Source: Bacteroidales bacterium UBA3754 (GTDB lineage: Bacteria; Bacteroidota; Bacteroidia; Bacteroidales; UBA1715). Taken from it: 64,000 bases of DNA. Below the pieces are notes generated by a model. The model was not told the DNA's origin. It saw only the letters and a program-made list of their open reading frames with translations, and did no database searches. How positions within the stretch are numbered: position 1 is the first letter of the stretch; every line of letters starts with the position of its first letter. The DNA lies in NCBI GenBank assembly GCA_002371705.1, contig DFGI01000080.1, positions 7,530 to 71,529 of the forward strand, given 5' to 3'. Below are positions 28,288-36,127 of the stretch, piece after piece. Both the position numbers and the translations under genes were made by a program.

Positions 28288-29407
28288 AGAAAACTGTACT
28301 GGTTGTAGAGCTTGCTTGGCGAGTTGTCCAAAACATTGTATAACAGGAGCTTTTGACCACGAAGGTTTCTGGTATCCGAAAATAAACACAAACCAATGTG
28401 TGGACTGTCACGTTTGTGAAAAAGTATGCCCTGTAAATACGGGTTCTACATCAGATGGAGCATCGGAACAATATGCTGTTTATTGTAAAACAGCACTTAT
28501 TCGTAAAAAAAGTAGCTCTGGTGGAATTTTCCCGTTAATGGCAAAAACTATAATAGGCGATGGTGGAGTTGTGTTTGGGGCTGCATTTGACTCTGATTTT
28601 GTCGTAAGGCATATTTGCATCGATAAATACGAGGATATAGCTAAACTGAGAGGAAGCAAGTATGTGCAAAGCGATATGGGTGATAGCATTTCACAAGTTA
28701 AAAGTCTGCTAAAAGAAGGGAAAAAAGTCTTGTTTTCGGGATGCCCATGTCAAGTAAACGGTTTGTTGAATGCAATTGATAAAAATCTCTCAAAAAATTT
28801 AATAACGATTGATTTTGTATGCCATGGTGTTCCGTCCCCAAAAATATTTAAGTCGTATTTACAAGAGAGAAAAAAGAGTGGAGATATTGTTGAGGTTTTG
28901 TTTCGTAATAAAAAATATGGTTGGAAAACATATTCAATGAAAATAGAATCCAAAAACGGAAACGTTTATCGAAAAGTCTTCGTGCTGGACACATACATGC
29001 AATTATATTTACGGAATCTTATATCAAGACCATCATGCTATGTTTGCAGTCAGAATCACAGAAGTGATATTACGTTGGCGGATTATTGGAATATTGCGAA
29101 AAAACATCCCGAGATGAATGATGGAATGGGCATTACAAAAATGCAAATCCATTCTCAAAAAGGACAACTTTTGTGGGGAGAGATACAAAATCAATGTGTA
29201 AGTATTTGTGATGAAATTAGAGATCTGGACATCCAAAAACCACGCATTGTACCCCCAAAAAGGCAATTGATTTTTGATAATATTGATAAATATAGTTTTG
29301 GTGAATTGTATTCAAAATATGGAAAGCAAGGTTTCTTGTATGAAGTAAAGAATAGGGTAAAAACTTTGATAAAAATAGTATCATATTTTTTAGGTAAAAA
29401 TCTATAA
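28268..29407 (+). CDS. 4Fe-4S ferredoxin-domain protein of the coenzyme F420 hydrogenase/dehydrogenase beta-subunit-like family
   Basis: CTGCRACLASCP and CVDCHVCEKVCP clusters, then a FrhB-like region (SSSGGIFP...GCPCQVNGL...DFVCHGVPS). The ATG at 28268 was chosen; it overlaps the pyruvyl transferase by 20 nt. This pairing with pyruvyl transferases is common in Bacteroides capsule loci. Confidence 0.7.
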   Translation: MIDLSNKENCTGCRACLASCPKHCITGAFDHEGFWYPKINTNQCVDCHVCEKVCPVNTGSTSDGASEQYAVYCKTALIRKKSSSGGIFPLMAKTIIGDGGVVFGAAFDSDFVVRHICIDKYEDIAKLRGSKYVQSDMGDSISQVKSLLKEGKKVLFSGCPCQVNGLLNAIDKNLSKNLITIDFVCHGVPSPKIFKSYLQERKKSGDIVEVLFRNKKYGWKTYSMKIESKNGNVYRKVFVLDTYMQLYLRNLISRPSCYVCSQNHRSDITLADYWNIAKKHPEMNDGMGITKMQIHSQKGQLLWGEIQNQCVSICDEIRDLDIQKPRIVPPKRQLIFDNIDKYSFGELYSKYGKQGFLYEVKNRVKTLIKIVSYFLGKNL

Positions 29408-29573
29408 AACGTGTACAAGATGTTTCTCAACACTCTTTGCGCGTTTGAAACAACTGGACAATCCAATAACTAAACCCTCCATAGCATACGATTATTTCAT
29501 CAATGGTTCGAGGTTGTTTGGAATAACGTTAGTATCTAAAAAACGTATATCTTGTGGGGAATAAAAAAAGTTG

Positions 29574-29581
29574 TACATTTG
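29574..29581 (+). promoter_or_regulatory. Candidate -7 promoter box (TAnnTTTG) for the Panacea gene pair
   Basis: tacatttg lies 33 nt upstream of the ATG at 29614, inside a 206-nt intergenic gap, the largest gap within the locus. Confidence 0.35.
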
Positions 29582-29613
29582 CATAAGAAAAATAACCACG
29601 CAAATAACACGTT

Positions 29614-30201
29614 ATGCAGAAATTAAAATATACCGATTCCGACAAACAAAAATTAGGGAACGCAATTGTGTATATTGCTAGTAAAACAACTGATTTAAGT
29701 AAGACAAAATTGCTTAAGTTGTTATTCTTTATGGAGGAATATAGCGTATGTCGTTTTCACACCCCATTTTTAGGTTTGCAATACGAAGTGTGGCAGGCAG
29801 GCCCTGTAATTAAGGATGTCTTTATAGACTTATCGGAAACACCTGTTTTGTTGGAAGGTTTTATTGAAAAAACAAATAAAGACGGGAATACCTATATAAA
29901 ATCAGCAAAAGTTTTTTCTGATGACGAATTTTCGGATAATGATTTGTTGGTAATGAATGAGATTATTGCCAAATATGGGAACAAAACAGCAACAGAATTG
30001 GTGAAAATTACACATAAAAAAGGATCTTTGTGGTATAACACAGCAAAACGAAATGATTTGCTTAATGCCTTTGAACAAAAGCAAATAAATAATTCGGATT
30101 GTGTTATTGACTTTGGAGAAGAGCTGTCGGGATGTAATCGCGAATTTTATAATGAACAGTTAAATTTTCTGCAAATATCCCGTCAATATGGAGCGCGATA
30201 G
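29614..30201 (+). CDS. Panacea (DUF4065, SocA-like) domain antitoxin
   Basis: KLGNAIVYIASKTTDLSKTKLLKLLFFMEEYSVCRFHTPFLGLQYEVWQAGPVIKDVF fits the DUF4065/Panacea pattern (K(L)LY/FF.d... aw..GPV). Confidence 0.75.
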   Translation: MQKLKYTDSDKQKLGNAIVYIASKTTDLSKTKLLKLLFFMEEYSVCRFHTPFLGLQYEVWQAGPVIKDVFIDLSETPVLLEGFIEKTNKDGNTYIKSAKVFSDDEFSDNDLLVMNEIIAKYGNKTATELVKITHKKGSLWYNTAKRNDLLNAFEQKQINNSDCVIDFGEELSGCNREFYNEQLNFLQISRQYGAR

Positions 30202-30643
30202 TAGATTTGAAAAAGGTTCCATATTGTATTTTTCGCCATTTATATTTGACAATGGTAATGCGCCCAAAAATAAATATTTTTTAGTGTTGCAGTGCACGGA
30301 ACAAAATGTTATCCTTGCTTCATTGCCAACTTCGCAAGATCATGTTCCAACTATGTTGGAAAAAACGCATGGTTGTATAAATCAATCGGATATAAATTTT
30401 AATTGTTACTTATTCGAGAAAGGAAGAGTGGTTTGCACAAATGGATTCTCTTTTCCCAAAGAAACTTATGTGTATGGCTTCCGATTACAATTGTTTGATT
30501 TGTATGTATTTGCGGTACAAGAAAACAATGATGAGACAAAAATAGAAGTAAAAGGCTGTTTGTCGGAAGAAGAATACAATGCTGTGGTTTTGTGTTTGAA
30601 AAACTCCTCATCAGTAAAGAGAAAATTTAAAGCAATGTTGTAA
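30188..30643 (+). CDS. Uncharacterised 151-aa protein, putative toxin partner of the Panacea antitoxin (possible MazF/PemK-like SH3-barrel fold)
   Basis: The ATG overlaps the antitoxin 3' end by 14 nt. KGSILYFSPF...KNKYFLVLQ...VILASLPTSQ resembles the strand layout of PemK/MazF toxins by eye only. Confidence 0.45.
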   Translation: MERDSRFEKGSILYFSPFIFDNGNAPKNKYFLVLQCTEQNVILASLPTSQDHVPTMLEKTHGCINQSDINFNCYLFEKGRVVCTNGFSFPKETYVYGFRLQLFDLYVFAVQENNDETKIEVKGCLSEEEYNAVVLCLKNSSSVKRKFKAML

Positions 30644-30648
30644 CTTTG
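30641..30648 (+). promoter_or_regulatory. Candidate -7 promoter box (TAnnTTTG) for the phosphonate module
   Basis: taactttg overlaps the TAA stop of the 151-aa ORF and lies 45 nt upstream of the ATG at 30693. Confidence 0.3.
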
Positions 30649-30692
30649 ACCGTTCCAAAAGGAATGGTCTGTTCAAGCAAAATATAGTATAG

Positions 30693-32702
30693 ATGAAGGC
30701 ATTGATTTTGAATTCCGGGTTAGGTTGCCGAATGGGTGTGATAACAAAAGAACACCCCAAATGTATGACCGAAATATCGCATACTGACACCATTTTAAGC
30801 CGGCAACTGAAACAACTGGTATCGTTTGGCATTGAGGAAGTTGTGATGACCACGGGATATTATGATGATGTTCTGGTTGATTATTGCAATGTGTTGCATC
30901 TTCCGCTGAAATTCACGTTTGTGAATAATCCTTTATACGACCAAACAAATTATATCTATAGTATTTACTGTGCGAAAGAACACTTGCGGAACGACGATAT
31001 TATTCTGATGCATGGCGACTTGGTGTTCGAGAATTTAGTAATGGAAGCTGTTGTTGATTCTCCGAACAGCTGTATGGTGGTAAGCAGCTCGCTCCCTTTG
31101 CCTGAAAAGGATTTCAAGGCGGTTGTCACCAATGGACGAATTGAAAAAATTGGCATAGAATTTTTTGAAAATGCCGTGGCGGCGCAACCATTATACAAAA
31201 TCAAAAAAGAAGATTGGTTGGTTTGGCTGGGAAATATTGAAACATTTTGCGAGAACAACAACCGCAAGTGCTATGCGGAGAATGCGTTCAACGAGGTTTC
31301 CAATCAATGCAACATATATCCGTGCGATGTACACGATATGCTTTGTGCGGAGATTGACACTCCTGAAGATTTGAAAATCGTAAGCGAAAAACTGGTGGCG
31401 GTCAACGAACGGACGGTGTATATGTGTTTTTCCACAGAATATATCCATTCCGGGCATACGGCAATCATCAACAAGGCTCGTCGTTTGGGACGCTTGATAA
31501 TCGGAATCCTCTCCGACGAGGCGGTTGCAAGCTACAAACGATTTCCGTTGATACCATTTGAGGAACGTAAGGCTCTATTTGAAAACATTGCCGGCGTGGA
31601 ACGGGTTGTGGAACAAAAAATGTTGTCGTATGCCGAAAATCTTCGCTGGCTGAAGCCCGATTATGTGGTGCACGGAAACGATTGGGTTGAGGGTTTCCAG
31701 AAACCGATTCGTCAGGAAGTGTGCGATGTGTTGTCGGAATATGGCGGTAAACTGGTGGAATATCCTTATACCAATAACCCAAAATATAAGGAATTGGACG
31801 CAAACCATCGTTCCGAAGCCTCTATGCCCGACGTGCGGCGGGGAAGGTTGCGTAAACTCATCAATATGAAGGGTTTAGTGACAGCTTTGGAAGCGCACAG
31901 CGGCATTACGGGTTTGATTGTTGAAAACACCAAAGTGCTTCAGGACGGAAAAACCTACCAATTCGACGCAATGTGGGTTTCGTCGCTTTGCGATTCAACG
32001 GCGAAAGGAAAACCCGACATTGAGCTGGTTGATATGACATCGCGTTTCCGTACCATCGACGATATTATGGAGGTTACTACCAAACCTATCATTTTCGACG
32101 GCGATACGGGAGGTTTGACGGAGCATTTTGTTTATACTGTCCGTTCTTTGGAACGTATGGGCGTTTCTATGGTTATCATAGAAGACAAGACTGGATTGAA
32201 GAAAAATTCCCTATTTGGCACCGAAGTTAAGCAAACGCAGGCATCCATTCCTGATTTTTGCGAAAAGATTCGGGCGGGAAAAAATTCCCAAAAGACCAAA
32301 GAATTTATGATTTGCGCGCGTATTGAATCACTGATTTTGGAACGAGGAATGGCCGATGCGTTGGAACGTGCCTTTGCTTTCAGTGAGGCTGGCGCTGATG
32401 CCATTATGATTCATTCACGCAAAAAGGACCCCTCGGAAATTTTTGAATTTGTGGAAAAATTCCGCGAAAAAAATACCACAACACCAATAGTGGTCGTTCC
32501 AACATCGTTTAACACGGTGACGGAAGCGGAATTCAAAAAACGTGGCGTAAATGTCGTTATTTATGCAAACCAACTCACACGCACGGGATTTCCTGCAATG
32601 CAGGACGCGGCCCGAACAATTTTGGAGAACCACCGTGCTAAGGAATGCGACGATAAATGTATGTCTATCAAGGATATAATCACATTGATTCCTGAAGAAT
32701 AA
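30693..32702 (+). CDS. aepX: Triple-domain protein: LicC/PntC-like NTP-transferase + HxGH cytidylyltransferase-like domain + phosphoenolpyruvate mutase
   Basis: aa 1-235: MKALILNSGLGCRMG... (sugar/phospho-alcohol nucleotidyltransferase). aa ~240-370: VYMCFSTEYIHSGHTAIINKARRLGRLIIGILSDE (HxGH). aa ~385-669: ALEAHSGITGLIVEN...FDAMWVSSLCDSTAKGKPD...IIEDK (PEP mutase/isocitrate-lyase superfamily). Confidence 0.85.
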   Translation: MKALILNSGLGCRMGVITKEHPKCMTEISHTDTILSRQLKQLVSFGIEEVVMTTGYYDDVLVDYCNVLHLPLKFTFVNNPLYDQTNYIYSIYCAKEHLRNDDIILMHGDLVFENLVMEAVVDSPNSCMVVSSSLPLPEKDFKAVVTNGRIEKIGIEFFENAVAAQPLYKIKKEDWLVWLGNIETFCENNNRKCYAENAFNEVSNQCNIYPCDVHDMLCAEIDTPEDLKIVSEKLVAVNERTVYMCFSTEYIHSGHTAIINKARRLGRLIIGILSDEAVASYKRFPLIPFEERKALFENIAGVERVVEQKMLSYAENLRWLKPDYVVHGNDWVEGFQKPIRQEVCDVLSEYGGKLVEYPYTNNPKYKELDANHRSEASMPDVRRGRLRKLINMKGLVTALEAHSGITGLIVENTKVLQDGKTYQFDAMWVSSLCDSTAKGKPDIELVDMTSRFRTIDDIMEVTTKPIIFDGDTGGLTEHFVYTVRSLERMGVSMVIIEDKTGLKKNSLFGTEVKQTQASIPDFCEKIRAGKNSQKTKEFMICARIESLILERGMADALERAFAFSEAGADAIMIHSRKKDPSEIFEFVEKFREKNTTTPIVVVPTSFNTVTEAEFKKRGVNVVIYANQLTRTGFPAMQDAARTILENHRAKECDDKCMSIKDIITLIPEE

Positions 32703-32729
32703 GTTCCATGAACCTATAGTATTTGAAAT

Positions 32730-34973
32730 ATGATACAGCCAAAATTTTTCTATGATACACTATCATCGTATGGCATTAATTTCTTTGCTGGCGTGCCCGA
32801 TTCATTGTTGAAGAATCTATGCGCCTACATCACCGACCATGCCGACGATTCCCATAACATTATTGCCGCTAACGAAGGAGGTGCAATGGGACTTGCAGCC
32901 GGGCACTATCTGGCAACGGGACAGATTCCTGTTGTATATATGCAGAATAGTGGTGAAGGAAATATCATCAATCCGCTTGCGTCACTCACCGACCCCGATG
33001 TGTATAATATACCCGTGCTGCTGGTGATTGGTTGGCGAGGCAAACCGGGCGTTCACGACGAGCCACAGCACGTTAAACAAGGGAAAATCACCACCGACTT
33101 ACTTTCTGTGATGGGTGTTGATTTTTCAGTCCTTTCAAAAGACGAGGAAACCGCGGCGGAACAAATAAAAAAGGCTGTTGCATATATGCGCGACACAAAA
33201 CAGTGTTACGCTTTGGTGATTGAAAAAGACACATTTGACAGCTATCAATTGTCTAAATCCGATTCGCAGGCGGGGCTTTCCCTTTCACGGGAGGAGGCTA
33301 TTCAAACAGTTGCCGCCGCTCTTGGCGAAAAAGATGCCATAGTTTCTACCACAGGTATGATTTCGCGCGAGTTGTTTGAATACCGCACAGCAATGAATCA
33401 AGGCCACGAACGCGATTTTTTGACCGTTGGTTCCATGGGACATGCTTCGCAAATTGCGTTGGGCATCGCGCTGGAGAAACCAGATCGTGGCGTTTGGTGC
33501 TTCGACGGCGATGGCGCGGCGATTATGCACATGGGAAGTATGGCGATTGTGGCGCAGAAATCACCTAAAAATTACGTGCATGTTGTTTTTAACAATGGTG
33601 CGCACGATTCCGTCGGCGGTCAGCCAACGGTTGGCTTAAAAATCAACATTCCTGCCATAGCCAAGGCTGTGGGCTACAAACACGCCTTTTCTGTGGAAAC
33701 AAAAGATGACTTGCTGAAACAGTTGGCAAAGGTCCGTCTGCTTTTAGTAAATGACGAGGGACCGATTTTTCTTCAGGTTTGCGTGAAAAAAGGGAACCGT
33801 AAGGATTTGGGACGTCCTACCACAACACCAATACAAAATAAAGAAGCATTAATGGATTTCCTAAAAAAAATAAGTATGCAACAAATAGTTGACGGCATTG
33901 GGACACTACAAACAGTTCTTGCAGGAAGCAAGAAAATTTTTCTTGTTTGTGGCCATTCGTTTTCTTCGTTAAGCATCAAAAACGATTTTGAAAATGTGCA
34001 TATTCCGTATGTGAAATTCGATAGTTTCACACCAAATCCATCGTATGACGAAGTTTGTAACGGCATTGATGTGTTCAATGCGGAAAACTGCGACACCATT
34101 GTGGCTATTGGCGGTGGGAGTTGTATGGATGTTGCAAAATGTATAAAATTATTTTGCCGAATGTCGAAAGATAAACCGTATTTGGAGCAGGAATACTCCG
34201 ACACGGGAATCCCGTTGATTGCCATTCCCACAACAGCGGGTTCAGGAAGCGAAAGCACTCGTTTTGCGGTTATTTATTACGAAGGCAAAAAACAAAGTGT
34301 AACGCACGAAAGCATCATTCCCAATGTGGCGATTTTAGAGCCAAGCGTATTGAAGCCATTGCCTCTCTATCAAAAAAAATGTACGCTGATGGATGCGCTT
34401 TGTCAGGGAATTGAGGCCTGGTGGTCGGTAAATTCAACTGATGGCAGCAAACGGTTGTCAAAACAAGCCGTGGAAACAATCATGCACTGGTGGCGGGAAT
34501 ATATTTTCGAAAACAGCGATGAATCGGCAAAACATATTATGCAGGCTGCAAATCTTGCCGGGCAAGCCATTTGTATAACCCAAACCACAGCAGCCCACGC
34601 GTTTAGCTATAAAATAACGTCATTGTATAATATTCCTCACGGATACGCCGTGGCTGTTTGTTTGCCCAAAATATGGCGATATATGGCGGCGAACCTCAAC
34701 AAGTGCGTTGACACACGGGGGGAAAACTATGTGGAGCAGATTTTCACCGATATTGCTACGGCAATGGGGTTCGAAAATGTACCAGCTGCGATTGACGGAT
34801 TTGAACACATTCTAACAGAAATGGCTTTGGTAAATCCCACTTCAGACACACGTCGTCGAAGCGCAGAAATAGAGGTATTATCCACGTCGGTGAATCCAAT
34901 CCGATTGAAAAACAATCCCATTGAACTCGACAACGACGCAATTAGAAGTTTGTATGAACAAATAATTTTGTGA
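32730..34973 (+). CDS. aepY: Fusion of phosphonopyruvate decarboxylase (ThDP-dependent) and iron-containing (group III) alcohol dehydrogenase, a probable phosphonoacetaldehyde reductase
   Basis: aa 1-380: YGINFFAGVPDSLLK..., GSMGHASQIALGIAL, CFDGDGAAIMHMG...NNGAHDS (ThDP motif). aa 383-747: VAIGGGSCMDVAKCI, LIAIPTTAGSGSE (Fe-ADH motifs). The junction runs through an A8 tract. Confidence 0.8.
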   Translation: MIQPKFFYDTLSSYGINFFAGVPDSLLKNLCAYITDHADDSHNIIAANEGGAMGLAAGHYLATGQIPVVYMQNSGEGNIINPLASLTDPDVYNIPVLLVIGWRGKPGVHDEPQHVKQGKITTDLLSVMGVDFSVLSKDEETAAEQIKKAVAYMRDTKQCYALVIEKDTFDSYQLSKSDSQAGLSLSREEAIQTVAAALGEKDAIVSTTGMISRELFEYRTAMNQGHERDFLTVGSMGHASQIALGIALEKPDRGVWCFDGDGAAIMHMGSMAIVAQKSPKNYVHVVFNNGAHDSVGGQPTVGLKINIPAIAKAVGYKHAFSVETKDDLLKQLAKVRLLLVNDEGPIFLQVCVKKGNRKDLGRPTTTPIQNKEALMDFLKKISMQQIVDGIGTLQTVLAGSKKIFLVCGHSFSSLSIKNDFENVHIPYVKFDSFTPNPSYDEVCNGIDVFNAENCDTIVAIGGGSCMDVAKCIKLFCRMSKDKPYLEQEYSDTGIPLIAIPTTAGSGSESTRFAVIYYEGKKQSVTHESIIPNVAILEPSVLKPLPLYQKKCTLMDALCQGIEAWWSVNSTDGSKRLSKQAVETIMHWWREYIFENSDESAKHIMQAANLAGQAICITQTTAAHAFSYKITSLYNIPHGYAVAVCLPKIWRYMAANLNKCVDTRGENYVEQIFTDIATAMGFENVPAAIDGFEHILTEMALVNPTSDTRRRSAEIEVLSTSVNPIRLKNNPIELDNDAIRSLYEQIIL

Positions 34974-34977
34974 TGCA

Positions 34978-36108
34978 ATGACACATGTTTTACACATATC
35001 CCAGGCTGATGGCGGTGTAGCTGTTTATCTGCAAATGTTGTTAAAGCATTTGGACAAACAGAAAATCACCAACAGTTTGGTGTGTGCCCAGCAATTCATT
35101 TCCGACGATTTCACGCCGTTAATTTCTGATTTTCAGCAAATTGAAATGGTTCGTGAGATTTCTCCCAAAAAAGATTTGCAGGCTGTGTTTCGTCTTCGGA
35201 AATGTATCAAACAGGTGAATCCCGATATTGTATATTGCCACAGCAGCAAAGCTGGCGCATTGGGAAGGCTTGCCGTGCTGGGAATGCGGAAACCCGTGGT
35301 GTATAATGCGCACGGATGGGCGTTCAATATGAAATGTTCACGAACTAAAGTGTTGATTTACAAATACGTGGAGAAAATTTTGGCATATTTCACGGATACA
35401 ATCATCTGCATTTCCGATTTTGAAAAAGAATCCGCTTTACGAAACGGCGTGGGTAATCAACAAAAGTTGCATGTAATCTACAATGGTGTTGATGTTGAGG
35501 CAATTGAGACAAATATTTCCACAACGAAACTGTCACGAAATCAATTGAATATCCCCGAAAATGCCTTTGTGGTGGGAATGATTGGACGAATTTCCGACCA
35601 AAAAGCCCCCGATTCATTTGTAAAAATGGCGGAGATAATCAAACGTTCTATTCCCGAAGCGTTTTTTGTTATTGTAGGCGACGGTCCCGATAGAGCGGAA
35701 ATTGAATCAATGATTCAAGCGAAAGGGTTACACGATTCGTTTTTCATTTCTGGTTGGGTATCGAATCCCAACGATTATATGGCGTTGTTCGATGTGGGCG
35801 TGTTGCTTTCGCGGTGGGAAGGCTTCGGCTATGCCATTGTGGAATATATGGTGGCGAAGAAACCTGTTGTGGCAACCCGTGTCGATGCGATTCCCAACAT
35901 TGTGGAAACCGGGAAAAATGGTCTTCTTGTTGCGGTTGATGATTTTGAAGATGCCGCGGCACAAGTCATACGGCTACATTCCAGCAGCGAATTGCGTAAC
36001 ACATTGATAGCCAACGGCTACGGACTCGCCTGCCGACGGTTCTCTATTCAACGTGTTGCAAAAGAACACGAAGATTTGTTTGATGCGTTACAAAATAGAG
36101 GCAAATAA
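34978..36108 (+). CDS. Glycosyltransferase family 4 (GT-B)
   Basis: VLHISQADGGVAVY..., VGMIGRISDQKAPDSFV, LLSRWEGFGYAIVEYMVAKKPVVATRVDAIPNIV. Confidence 0.8.
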   Translation: MTHVLHISQADGGVAVYLQMLLKHLDKQKITNSLVCAQQFISDDFTPLISDFQQIEMVREISPKKDLQAVFRLRKCIKQVNPDIVYCHSSKAGALGRLAVLGMRKPVVYNAHGWAFNMKCSRTKVLIYKYVEKILAYFTDTIICISDFEKESALRNGVGNQQKLHVIYNGVDVEAIETNISTTKLSRNQLNIPENAFVVGMIGRISDQKAPDSFVKMAEIIKRSIPEAFFVIVGDGPDRAEIESMIQAKGLHDSFFISGWVSNPNDYMALFDVGVLLSRWEGFGYAIVEYMVAKKPVVATRVDAIPNIVETGKNGLLVAVDDFEDAAAQVIRLHSSSELRNTLIANGYGLACRRFSIQRVAKEHEDLFDALQNRGK

Positions 36109-36127
36109 CATATGCCCCTATTGGAAT

